Assembly: GCA_002269645.1 (NCBI GenBank)
Contig: NIVC01000921.1
Coordinates: 248,001-312,000, forward strand
Reading direction: 5' to 3'
Length of the DNA stretch: 64,000 nucleotides
Origin: Macrostomum lignano
Taxonomy: Eukaryota
Below the pieces are notes generated by a model. It had not been told where the DNA came from, did not search any database, and worked only from the letters and a program-made list of their open reading frames with translations. Shown here in pieces: positions 11,401 to 23,084 of this stretch. Each line of letters opens with the position of its first letter. The stretch's first letter is position 1. The position numbers and the translations under genes are program-made.

Positions 11401-14305
11401 GCGCTGTTTCCGCAGCCTGGCCTGCCGATTGGTCAGGCTCTCCAGGGCCCGCTGCTCCTCCTGCAGGGCTTTCTGAGCAGCCGACTTTTGAGCGGCCTTC
11501 GCGTCCTCGCTCTGGCGATTGTTGCGGGCCGAGTAGGCCACGTCTGCTATGGTGGCCGGGCCCTTCACCTCCACTCTGCAGGCCGGGTTGTCGCGGTTTT
11601 TTATGTCTGGGCGCTAATATATCTGGGCGCCATTTTTTCTAGGCGCCATTCTACTTAGACGCCATTCTATCTCAGTGGTCATTTGTCTGGGCGCTCATTT
11701 ATCTGGGTGCTCATTTATCTGGGTGCTCATTTATCTGGGTGCTCATTTATCTGGGCGCTCATTTATCTGGGCGCTCATTTATCTGGGCGTTCATTTATCT
11801 GGGCGCTCATTTATTTGGGCGCTCATTTATCTGGGCGTTCATTTATCTGGGTGCTCATTTATCTGGGCGCTTATTTATCTGGATGCTCATTTTGTCTGGG
11901 CGCTCATTTATCTGGGCGCTCATTTATCTGGGCGCTCATTTATCTGGGCGTTCATTTATCTGGGTGCTCATTTATCTGGGTGCTCATTTATCTGGGTGCT
12001 CATTTATCTGGGCGCTCATTTATCTGGGCGCTCATTTATCTGGGCGTTCATTTATCTGGGTGCTCATTTATCTGGGTGCTCATTTATCTGGGTGCTCATT
12101 TATCTGGGTGCTCATTTATCTGGGTGCTCATTTATCTGGGTGCTCATTGATCTGGGCGTTCATTTATCTGGGCGCTCATTTATCTGGGCGTTCATTTATC
12201 TGGATGCTCATTCATCTGGGCGCTCATTTATCTGGGCGTTCATTTATCTGGATGCTCATTCATCTGGGCGCTCATTTATCTGGGGGTTCATTTATCTGGG
12301 CGCTCATTTATCTGGGGGCTCATTTATCTGGGCGCTCATTGATCTGGGCGCTCATTTATCTGGGCGCTCATTTATCTGGGCGCTCATTTATCTGAGCGCT
12401 CATTTATCTGGGCGCTCATTTATCTGGGCGCTCATTGATCTGGGCGCTCATTTATCTGGGCGCTCATTTATCTGGGTGCTCATTTATCTGGGCGCTCATT
12501 TTGTCTGGGCGCTCATTTATCTGGGCGCTCATTTATCTGGGCGCTCATTTATCTGGGCGCTCATTTATCTGGATGCTCATTTATCTGGATGCTCATTCAT
12601 CTGGGCGCTCATTTATCTGGGCGCTCATTTATCTGGATGCTCATTCATCTGGGCGCTCATTTATCTGGGCGCTCATTTATCTGGATGCTCATTCATCTGG
12701 GCGCTCATTTATCTGGGGGTTCATTTATCTGGGCGTTCATTTATCTGGGCGCTCATTTATCTGGGCGTTCATTTATCTGGGCGCTCATTTATCTGGGCGC
12801 TCATTTATCTGGGCGCTCATTTATCTGGGCGCTCATTTATCTGGGCGCTCATTTATCTGGGCGCTTATTTATCTGGATGCTCATTTTGTCTGGGCGCTCA
12901 TTTATCTGGGCGCTCATTTATCTGGGCGCTCATTTATCTGGGCGCTCATTTATCTGGATGCTCATTTATCTGGATGCTCATTCATCTGGGCGCTCATTTA
13001 TCTGGATGCTCATTCATCTGGGCGCTCATTTATCTGGATGCTCATTCATCTGGGCGCTCATTTATCTGGGCGCTCATTTATCTGGGCGCTCATTTATCCG
13101 GATGCTCATTCATCTGGGCGCTCATTTATCTGGGCGCTCATTTATCTGGATGCTCATTCATCTGGGCGCTCATTTATCTGGGCGCTCATTTATCTGGGCG
13201 CTCATTTATCTGGGCGTTCATTTATCTGGGCGTTCATTTATCTGGGCGCTCATTTATCTGGGCGTTCATTTATCTGGGCGCTCATTTATCTGGGCGTTCA
13301 TTTATCTGGGCGCTCATTTATCTGGGCGCTCATTTATCTGGGCGCTTATTTATCTGGGCGCTCATTTATCTGGGCGCTTATTTATCTGGGCGCTCATTTA
13401 TCTGGGCGCTCATTTATCTGGGCGCTCATTTATCTGGGCGCTTATTTATCTGGATGCTCATTTTGTCTGGGCGCTCATTTATCTGGGCGCTCATTTATCT
13501 GGGCGCTCATTTATCTGGGCGCTCATTTATCTGGATGCTCATTTATCTGGATGCTCATTCATCTGGGCGCTCATTTATCTGGATGCTCATTCATCTGGGC
13601 GCTCATTTATCTGGATGCTCATTCATCTGGGCGCTCATTTATCTGGGCGCTCATTTATCTGGGCGCTCATTTATCCGGATGCTCATTCATCTGGGCGCTC
13701 ATTTATCTGGGCGCTCATTTATCTGGATGCTCATTCATCTGGGCGCTCATTTATCTGGGCGCTCATTTATCTGGGCGCTCATTTATCTGGGCGTTCATTT
13801 ATCTGGGCGTTCATTTATCTGGGCGCTCATTTATCTGGGCGCTCATTGATCTGGGCGCTCATTGATCTGGGCGCTCATTGATCTGGGCGCTCATTTATCT
13901 GGGCGCTCATTTTTCTGGGCGCTCATTTTTCTAGGCATTCATTATTATGGACGCTTTTTATATGCTCTATTATATCCTTATAGACTAAATTAACAACGAT
14001 TTAAGTTAGAAAAAATATAGAAAAGCAGTTTCCAATCCAGGTTCATAGACAACACGGCCAAGATCTCACCTGATGGAGTCCTTGTCAATCGCAGCTGTCA
14101 CATCCCTGACGATGACTTCGCATTCGCCAACCAGCACCCGAGGCCGGACAATGCGACAGACCTCGGCCCGGTCCAGGTACACCGTCACAGATTTCACCTG
14201 ACAGGAAGAGGCGTTGAGCACACTTCGCTTGGGGTCGCCGCAGCTGCCGTAGTCGACTTCGTCCGATCCGGTTGCGAAATCCTCTTCAGCCAGTTGGGCC
14301 ATCAT
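2459..14305 (-). CDS. DUF4140/DUF4139-family protein (F37C4.5/MuiA-like), multi-exon, 3' end not found in window
   Basis: Exons 14070-14305, 11302-11575, 8066-8295, 6181-6310, 3838-3980 and about 2459-2777 join at GT-AG sites in consistent phase (2,0,2,0,2). The protein carries family-typical motifs: VKSVTVYLDRAEVCR, DKDSIR|VEVKGPATIADV, a coiled coil, LYLSYVVSRAKWSPKYDVRV and YYGLVQQSTGEDW..SQLSLSTSQP. The last donor (GTGAAG at 2458) is weak. Family call is by motif recognition, not by search. Confidence 0.85.
2822..3035 (-). mobile_element. SINE-like element of the same family
   Basis: B-box GTTCGATTCT preceded by CTCGCGCCC, as in the 8.6-kb copy; 13-bp perfect hairpin followed by TGTACACCCTGTGTGAG. 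Boundaries are approximate. Confidence 0.5.
4045..4575. repeat. Degenerate minisatellite of about 16 bp (TCTATGACCTAAACTG)
   Basis: Recurring CTATGAC(C/T)TAA core. Confidence 0.9.
5405..6122. mobile_element. Degenerate hAT-like non-autonomous element enclosing a CT-rich minisatellite
   Basis: Ends CTGGGGTCCACGAAC and GTTTGCCAACCCCTG form an imperfect TIR. Flanks GCTTGAGC/GCTTAAGG match 6/8. The left arm recurs at 14675-14760, also followed by CT-rich repeats. Confidence 0.4.
5510..6050. repeat. Polypyrimidine minisatellite (CTCATCTCTCTTCTCTCCC)
   Basis: Visible tandem copies, 19-22 bp. Confidence 0.9.
6495..7065. repeat. 20-bp minisatellite GACACCATGG(G/A)AACCTCTCT
   Basis: Period 20. Confidence 0.95.
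7724..8040. repeat. 43-bp minisatellite (TACCTGGTACCGATTGCACACCTCTAAGAATCTCAAGCTACGA)
   Basis: AAGAATCTC recurs at 7801 and 7844; about 7 copies. Confidence 0.9.
8318..8608 (-). mobile_element. tRNA-derived SINE, same central domain as 1609-1978
   Basis: Head GGGCAGAGTAGTTCGG...GGTTCGATTTC; shared core GTGTACATGC-hairpin-GCTGTACACCCTGTGTGAG; short A tail. Confidence 0.65.
8645..9840. repeat. 20-bp minisatellite AGAATGTCTCTAACCTCTGT
   Basis: Period 20, with variant blocks. Confidence 0.95.
10440..11280. repeat. 15-bp minisatellite ATGAGAATCGCTACT
   Basis: Period 15; the source of the IVAIL/MRIAT/SDSHS repeat ORFs. Confidence 0.95.
11600..13930. repeat. 16-bp minisatellite CTCATTTATCTGGGCG
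   Basis: Period 16, filling most of the 11576-14069 intron. Confidence 0.95.
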
Positions 14306-14849
14306 GCTTGCTGCCGGTCTGTTTTTAGTTGTCGGGTGCGTTAAGGACGGGGCGTAACAAGAGAGCGACTTAATAGAGAGAGTCGGGCCGGTTGCTACAC
14401 GGGTCAGGCGGTGCCGGGTATTTGTACGCCGGGGCAAATCTCGCCAAATGCAAACCGCGTACACTCACTCTTTCAGGTCTAGCTTTAGTCTCTCAACTCT
14501 CTCTCTCTCTCTCACTCTCTCTCAGAGTCCTGAGGTTGGGGTGGCGGGTGAAATTGGAGGTGTCCCCGTTGCCCCCTCTTCCCCCCAGCCAGCCAATCGT
14601 GACCGGGGAAACGGGAGGATACATGCCCTGTTCTGCCTGCCTTCTTTCCCGAAAAATCCACTCCCTTGTATACGCGGGGGTCAGCGAACTCCGGCCCTCG
14701 GGTCCTTTGCAACTTCACAACAGCAATCCGGCCCGCTCCAGGTCTGTGTCTCTTCTCAGCTCCCTTTCTAATCTCCTCTCCCCCTCTTCTCACTCCTCTT
14801 GTCTACTCTCTCATAGCTTCTCTCAGTTTTCATCTCTGATCTCTTCTTT

Positions 14850-15190
14850 CATGCCATCTCTCATCCCATCTCTCATCCCATCTCTCATCCCATCTCATCC
14901 TATCCCTCATCCCATCCCTCATCCTATCCCTCATCCTATCCCTCATCCCATCCCTCATCCCATCCCTCATCCCATCCCTCATCCCATCTCTCATCCCCTT
15001 CTCTCATCTTATCTCTCATCTCATCCCTCATCCCATGCCTCATCTCATCCTTCATCCCATTCCTCATCTCATCTCGCATCTCATCCTTCATCCCATCCCT
15101 CATCCCATCCCTCATCCCATCCCTCATCCCATCTCTCATCTCATCTCGCATCTTATCTTTCATCCCACCCGATCTCTCGTCTCATCTCTT
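14850..15190. repeat. CCCATCCCTCAT-type low-complexity tandem repeat
   Basis: Visible 12-bp and related units. Confidence 0.85.
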
Positions 15191-16419
15191 ATCTCACCAG
15201 CGTTATTATTACGGTGCACTACGGTGTCGGACGGACCCATTGTGTGTCCACTGCAAAACATATCTACCATCACTTTATAAAGCGCATTTTACAAGCTCAG
15301 TTCATCATGGCTTAAATCTTCTGCGTCCCAGACAATACCCCAAGAAGCAATTTGACAACTCATGGACACATTTCGACCCCCAGACACATTTAAGTACTCC
15401 AGACACTTTTATCTCAGTTTTAGATCTCAGGGTGGACGACCTCTCTGCTGCCTATTATCTGCATGCCAACATTGCCATAAAAATCGAAAATTTACACCTC
15501 AGAGTGCTCAATTCAGTACGGCAGTTTTATTAGGAAAATTAAAATTATGAGTCGCAAAGTCAAGCGGCCAGCAATGGGGAATTTATTGCCATTGTAAAAC
15601 GATGACAGCCGGGCTATCTAGTCTGCTGATCTCTTTAATAACCCCGCCAACCTATGAGCTGCTAAACTCCAAGCCATCTTGCGTGGGTGGCAGTGGCATC
15701 GCCGCTAAAAACTTGAAATGAATCCAGCCGGGCACCTCCTGTCCGCAGGTAGGGGCGGCATTGCGGCAAGTTGTCGCTAAGCAGACTTAGCCACTGATTG
15801 AGGGATGAGAGATGGGAAATGAGGACGCCAGGTCATTCATAATTAACAGCTTGGGCAGTTCAATCAACCCCCCCCCCCAATTCCAATTAAGAGGCTCAAG
15901 CGTGGCGCCGGTCCCTGTGATTTATGACTCACCGGACCCGTCAGCGTGACTGGCGCCGCGCCGCTTGAACCGGAACTCGGCGTACGTAGCTTCCCAGCCG
16001 CCGTCCCCATCTGCTGCTCTCCCCTTGTCTGCCCCTTCCCTTGCAGCTAGTCTATGCGATGCACTGGCTGGGGGGGGACTAGCCAGTGTCCCAACTTTAG
16101 GTTAATTAATTTGCTGAAGGTATCCCGCGGGTGCCGTTGAATCTGACCAACTAGCAGCTTTTGCAACCGTTTGCGTTATCGAATATTAAATTATTCGGGG
16201 GCTTCATTTTCCTCGTGTTTTTTCTCTGTTTTTTAGTTGATTGCTTTTCTAACCTCCGGCGCACTCGGGAGTTGCTCACTCATGCGCGGCATATGCTACT
16301 GAAGACACCAAGTGGCGAGTCTGCAGACTAGCCCAGCAGCTGTCTTGGCGTGATGCTTCTGTATGCGTCTTATGAGTCGTTCTAAGTTTTCAGAGCCTGT
16401 AGGTGCAGCAAGACCGACA

Positions 16420-16510
16420 TCTTCGGACACACAGGGTGTACAGCGGTGCTTGACTTGCTCAGCATGCACACTCAATCGGTATTAGTCGCACGACAACCCC
16501 TATCTCATAT
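16420..16510 (-). mobile_element. Partial copy of the same SINE core
   Basis: AGGGGTTGTCGTGCGA and GTGTGCATGC-hairpin-GCTGTACACCCTGTGTG are shared with the 8.3-8.6 kb copy. Confidence 0.5.
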
Positions 16511-16544
16511 TGATGTCGATATAAGCATGGAATCGCTTCCTGCG

Positions 16545-16735
16545 CCGGCGGCGACTTCAACGAGTCAGGCCCGAACTGGTCGATACGTGGACTGCCTGCA
16601 TGCGATTCTGGGGCCCCCGACACTGCCAACAGAGCGGACTTTGTCCGCTCTCAGGCTCTGCGGCGCGCCATCTGACGCGCCCTGCTCTAACTGCCTTGCA
16701 CGCGGGGGCTGCGTATTTGTTGTTGTTGTTCTTGT
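16545..16735 (+). mobile_element. Short 5'-truncated 3' end of the same RTE family
   Basis: Matches 58215-58385 (gtggactgcctg...gacactgccaa...ctttgtccg.tctcagg.tctgcggcgc.ccatctgacgcgccctgctct) and ends in (TTG)n. Confidence 0.75.
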
Positions 16736-17954
16736 GGAATGGAACCCAGACAGGCACTTATTGAGCAAGAGTTAGGCCCAACTGATAGCCAGCAGATTCA
16801 ATCAAGTTAAATACGGCTCTGTCAACTTCAATTAAAACAAAAAACAAATTGAAAGTATTTCCCAAGAAAGAAACAGAGGCTTGCAGTATCAGCAATGCCT
16901 GCTTAAAATAAACTGTCGGAGTTCCCCCTCGCTATAAAGAAGCCCACGAAGCTGGCTGCGGCCCCGAGATGGGACTTACTTAATTAGCTAGCAGCTAGCA
17001 CGCCGGAACAGAAATCCGGTTATCGCCGCTGCTCAGAGCACACTTTGAAGTCGAACGGGCGACTGGCCCAGCCCAGATTGCTCCCAAAAGGAAGGAATAG
17101 AAGGGGACGGCATGGAAAGCTGAGTTAGCTTAATCTGCATTTTTCCCACGCGAGTGAGCTTCATTAAACTCATAACTATGCTCGCTGATGAAGAATGCTG
17201 CCTACTCCCCGCGCCTCCAGCAGCAGGTGGCTCTTCCCACATTTGTTTGGCAGGCTCGATGTGCTCAATGCGATCCCTTTTACTTATTATTAAAGCAAAA
17301 AATCAATATTTGTTAAAAAAAACTATCCGCCTAAAAGTACGACGGAGCTTTACTTTACCAAATAATCTTTGGTACCATGTTCAAACCTGCAGAAATGCCC
17401 AAGTACTCGTACGTGTATCTGTAGCGGGGCAGCGAGCAAAGTGGTTTGCTGAGAGTGTGGCGAAAGAGAAAAAAGAGAAGAGGGAGACAGCAAGAGGAGT
17501 GGCAAAAGACAGCGTAGAACTGATCGTTGGGAGTGCGCGAGCTGAGGATATCGTGAGAGTTCAGTTCCGCCCTCATTTCGGGCGCTGTCTGTTCCTCATC
17601 AATTTTTGCCCACTCTCGCCCTTCCGCGACCCTTCGCAGCCTCAGCACGCGCGCACGCAAATTCAACATCTAATTATCGATTTGCCTGGCGAGGCTGGGA
17701 ACTCTCTGAAGACAGGCGCCGCACGGTTCAAGGCCGCCTTTAGTCCCAGTCCTCACTGTCCAAGCTCGTTCAGTTCAGCTTTTTTGTACTAAGAACTAAA
17801 TAAACTTGTTATTTGTTCTAACTATACTTTGGAAAATATCATACGTTTTACTATATATCGACGATCTGGAAACTGAAAAAAACTGACCAAGATGAATACC
17901 AGTAGCCACATCGATCACTTCGATGCCTATCCTCTTTAATTTCAGCAATGAATT

Positions 17955-18520
17955 GAATGATCGTGGATGTTGGTTCGGATGTTGATGCGGATGTTGGTTC
18001 GGATGTTGATGTGGATGTTGATTTGGATGTTGATGCAAATTTTGATGTGGATGTTAATGCGGATGTTGATGTGGATGTTGATGCGGATGTTGATGCGGAT
18101 GTTGATGTGGATGTTGATGCAGATTTTGATGTGGATGTTGATGTGGATGTTGATGCGGATGTTGATGCGGATGTTGATGCGGATGTTGATGCGGATGTTG
18201 ATGTGGATGTTGATGCAAATTTTGATGTGGATGTTAATGCGGATGTTGATGTGGATGTTGATGCGGATGTTGATGCGGATGTTGATGTGGATGTTGATGT
18301 GGATGTTGATGCGGATGTTGATGCGGATGTTGATGTGGATGTTGATGCGGATTTTGATGTGGATGTTGATGCGGATTTTGATGTGGATATTAATGCGGAT
18401 GTTGATGTGGATGTTTATGTTGATATTGAGGTGGATGTTTATGTTGATGTTGAGGTGGATGTTTATGTTGATGTTGATGCGGATGTTGATGCGGATGTTG
18501 ATGTGTGTATTGATGTGAAT
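17955..18520. repeat. 12-bp minisatellite GATGTTGATG(C/T)G
   Basis: Period 12 (6-bp subunit). Confidence 0.95.
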
Positions 18521-19185
18521 GTTAATGGGGGATGGTAGTGCATGTTTAGATCCGGGCGTTGATTAAGATATTTAAAAGCACTAGCTGCTCATCCAGCACC
18601 TAATATTGAGCAATTTGCTACGAGCGTACAAGCAATCCACAGGCAATCCGCAGTGCTTGACAATGCGATCATTCGGGCGACTACAGTTACGAGCGTAAAA
18701 ATAATCCAAAATAATCACTTTAGAATTGGAGGTCCGACTACAATTACTGGCGCTTATCCTTCTTCTGCAAGTAATCATGTATCGGTAGGCTTATCATGAG
18801 CAGATTAGCAGCAGGATGCTCCGTGGGAATTACATTTCCTCAGAATTATGCGCGGATTGTCAGCCCACTCACCCGAGAAAGATGTGCAGCAAGAGAGTCG
18901 AAGCAAAAAGATGAGCCTGTTGTGAGTAAGCTATTTTTCCAGACGATCTGTGTGCTGAGAGGCTGCAGCGAAGAAAATTTCTTCCATGGAATTTTTTTCC
19001 TCCTCTGCCGCCCACTTCCTATTTCTATTCTTCCTATATTCCTATTTCGCGTCTAAATATACCATCAATGCCTGCAGAGCATTGGTATTCTATTTTAGAC
19101 TCAAATTATTCGGGGTTACAGGTAAGAGTAGAGATTGAAACAAACAGAAGAAGGAAAATGTAATCAAATAGGGTTGGGGTCTCAC

Positions 19186-19640
19186 CGGTCGAATCTGCCG
19201 GCGGTCATAGCCGCTCGCGGTCGCCCAGGTCCCAGGTGTGCCCTACTGGGCAGTGGCGGCGGCACCGCCGATGGTAGAGGCGGTGGAGGCGGCGGCCGTG
19301 ACGGTACTGGCAGCGCCGTGAGGTGGTCCTCGGACTCGCGGGCCAGGGCTTCGGCCTCCGCGTCCGCGTCCACATCGTCGTCCTCAGCGGCGGTGCTTCG
19401 CCTGGTCGAGCGAGGCGTGCAGTTGGCCGACGCGGCATCGCCGACATAGTCGTCAGCGAGCTCCTCGGGATACAGCGAATCCTCCTTGAAGTCGGCGAGG
19501 CCGGGCAGGCCGTCTGCTTCCAGACTGTCGAATTCTGTGGACGGCGAGCCGATGATGCGGTCGATGGCGGAACCGCAGCGGCTCGATGCCGGTTTCATTG
19601 GCAGCTTGTCAAAAATGGTCGACTGCGTGCCCAAATTCAC
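19186..19640 (-). CDS. Putative isolated coding exon (acidic then Pro-rich, about 150 aa); possibly an upstream exon of the DUF4140 gene
   Basis: GC-rich open frame ending at a strong donor (GAC CG|GTGAGA, phase 2). First ATG at 19598. No recognisable domain. Confidence 0.4.
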
Positions 19641-22278
19641 TGCTCCGCTGTCTTAGCGAGCAGTGGATAGTTCAATAGTGCTTTTGCCTCGCGCTCGCAA
19701 GGCGCGCCACTTTTTGCTTGGCGTCTGTTCTGTTGTGTTTAGCGGCAGGGGACAACTTGGTTTGGTTCAGACAATGCGAATCAGGGACAGGGGGAGGGGA
19801 GGTGGAAGGGTGGGGGTGACGGGGAGAAGAGGAGAGGGGAGGTCAAAGTGGCGCAGCGGCTAAGCGTGCTGCACATCGCCTCCTCAACCTCCCTCCTCTC
19901 TATCTAGCTTGACTAGTACGCAAAATGCGGGCCCACCTACCGCGGGCCATGACTTAGCAAATGCTAAGAGGCGGATTAACTAACTCAGCCCACCCGCCCC
20001 GTTGTGTTAGGGAAGAGTTTCTCTCATCTTGCTCTCGCTCTCCGCGTGTGGTCCAACTTTCCTCCCGGCAAGTCGTTTGGTCGCAGAGGTGGTTTGTGTG
20101 TAGAGAGAGGCGGGTAATGGAAAGAACAGAATGAGGCGAGACAGAATATAAGCTAGAATAATGAGAGAACTGGATCTCGGATGAGCAAATCCCGCTGGAG
20201 TGCCGGGGAGGAGCGGTTAGGGTGCTCAGGCTTGAAGAAACGGGGGGAGTGTCGTCCAGCAATGCCCGGGGCCGGTGTGCCGGAGCGAAAGGAAAGACGA
20301 CCCCGCCACGCCTAGGGGGGGGGGCACCGCGGGTTTTGGAAGTCGGGACGCTCCGGGTAGCTGAGTAAGGGATAGCTCAATAGGGAAAAGTCGCCTGCTC
20401 AATGGACGGACAGCTGGGAGAGAGGGTGCCTGTCAGTCATGCCTGAAGTAGGAGACGCGCGCTAAGATGACTCAAAAAAGTTTTGGCTTTTTGGGCTTAA
20501 GCCTCCAAATTGTTGACTAACCGCGGGCTACAGCGACAACAATGAAACTAATAATGATGCCCCCAGAGAGCGGAATTGGGTTGGACGAACACCGTGCTGA
20601 GATTGATGCTGCCTTCAAATGCGATCGATGAAAATTTATAAGGAGTTTACACACGGTGCTGCAAGTTCTGCAACGAGTCAGTTTATCAATTTAAACACTG
20701 TCAATTCCGAGCGTACACGTACAATATGATTGGAATGTATAAAAATAAATCGTTTCTCCAAAATGTACGTCGGCGATTCTAATTCTGAGATCTTAGATTA
20801 AAATTCTGAGTAAAATTGTTACGCTCAGCATAGTCTTGCTCTGCATCAGTTTCGTCGGCCCCGTGCAGCTCAGTCCATCAAAATGATTAATTGGACTTCA
20901 ATTAAGAAAGCTGCATGACTCAGATTAGAAGCTCAAAGAAGGGAAAATTCAATCAAGCAGCTTTGGTATTCTGTTCGGTCACAGAGTGAAATTATTTGCC
21001 ATAGCTAGCTCATGAGTCTGAAAGCTTCCGTAGACAGTGGATGGCGGCCGGAGCTATCATATGAGAAAAAGGAAAAGAAACGAAATATAATTATACTTCG
21101 CGGCAAGGTATGAAGCTTAGCTGTGGTTACACATGTATTTTGCGTCCGCAATTTTCTTCGTGCACGCGCAAGTTTCGATTCAAAATATATACACGCAGTA
21201 TTACTCGATCACAAATTCCCCCATGCATGCTGCGCAAATTCTGACGTCGTTGACTCGGTAGCCTTTTTTGGTTTCGATCGACGTTGATAGCAAATGCCTA
21301 CTCTTACATTTATCAATGTCGAGGACCACTGTATATAGCTAAATACAGTGGTCTTTGTGTCAGTTACATGTACATGCACTTCGGTAGCGTCGAAATGGTA
21401 CGCTCATAAATGTATGTAACGTAGACGTGTTTCATATAGTAAAATAAATCCGACATCAGGTCGTCCAAATACTCGACTACAGTACAGGTTAGAATAGAGA
21501 GAAAAAAGCCCACGCTTTAGAGCGTATTGTTTTGAGCCTACTGTATTTCTTTTATTTACAATTTCTCAGCAGAAAGGTTAGACTTATCTTTAGCTTCAAG
21601 CTAGAGATACATGTAAGTAGCATAACTACATGTAAGTTTTTAATTGTGAAATTTTATGCATGCAGAATTACTGATTAAGTATAATTGACAATTTAAGTTG
21701 TCAATTATTATAAGTGTTATAAGTGACAATTTAATTGCACTGAGTCGAATTTGGTTTACTAAAGTAAGTGAAACCTCCGCGAGAAATCAAAAAACTAAAA
21801 TAACATGGAGCTCACCTCGAGGAAGCAATGCACGTACCCTATTTCCTCTAGCAGTCGTCCTCGGTTTGGGCATGATAAATTATGAAAACTTTGTAGCAAC
21901 TCGTTCAGTAACTTTTTAGTATGCATTACCAATGATTTCAACTGGATTAGTTTTGGTTCCATTTTCTGTTTACGTCTGCATACTACTTGTTTTACTGTTA
22001 TGGGTCGAAACCAAAATAAAACGAAAATTAAACGTATAGACTTTCCAAGAAACAACTATCTTAAAGCGTAAGTGCTCAATGCTCCACAGTGCAATAATTT
22101 GTTGATTTTTTAATTTGTTCCGTAGTTAATTTTCCACTTCAAAATAAAACGAAATATTCAAGCTTCAAGGCCGAGGATATAGCGCTTATTTATTTTTTTC
22201 GTTCCGCTAGCAGTAACAATGAGTCGAAATATTTTTGTTAGACGCAATAAATAGACATCAAGACATGACTAATGAATT

Positions 22279-22322
<44 letters not shown>

Positions 22323-23084
22323 ATATTCTTTATTCATCAGTAGTTTTAGGTTTAATTCGGGGCGGAAATTTCATTTTTAAGTCTTTTATTATTTAGATTT
22401 GCAGTTGCTTTTTGAATTCATAATAATAGATTGTTTATAATTAAACTTTTTTAAAAAGTACATTTTAATATGTTTTTACTTTCATATATTTATTATTTAG
22501 GCAGAAGAAATGATTTAAATAAATTGTTTGTACATCCTGTGAGTTTACAACTCATTGGATTTTCTGTAAAGTTTAGACTTAGTACCTCACAAAATCTAAT
22601 AATAATATTCTAATATAAAAATGCTAAAATAAATTATAAATTTATAGAATTATACTTTTGTGGGTTTTCATTATCATAAATTGAATACTTATCTTCTTAT
22701 TATTTTTTTAGATACTGTGATTTTAAGTTTTATATAATAGTATAAAATTTTGTTTATAACTCAAGAGCATGCTTTATTTTATTTATGTACAAATAATGAA
22801 AAGATGAATTAAAAATAACCTGCTTTTTAATTCCCTCCCACCCCAAAATTAGATATTATCTTTAACTAGATCCTAGGCTCCCTACTAGATATTGAGGTCT
22901 AATAATAGAGCAAAAGGCTATGGTTTTGTCATACAATTTCTTTTATAAAAATTGAGCTATTAGGCATAAACATCGTCTCAGTTTTCTAAACCATACCCTC
23001 TTTGTCATCTAACTTCTGTAAACCGCGGCTTCAAAGCAGCCGCCAGCGCTACCCCCGCCTTCCTCAAGCAGCAGCCCAGCTCGA

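Noticed and set aside
11675-13881. Long ORFs (up to 724 aa) of LIYLGAHLSGRSFIWA repeats that look like membrane proteins
   Set aside because: These are translations of a 16-bp intronic minisatellite, open in several frames because the unit lacks stops. The same applies to the repeat ORFs at 5.3-6.1, 6.4-7.1, 10.4-11.3, 14.4-15.3, 18.0-18.5, 24.3-25.1, 26.5-26.8, 32.9-33.2 and 46.8-48.8 kb.
21325-21354. Perfect 11-bp hairpin GACCACTGTAT/ATACAGTGGTC
   Set aside because: It is isolated, with no downstream CTRR Helitron end, no second copy and no other supporting context.
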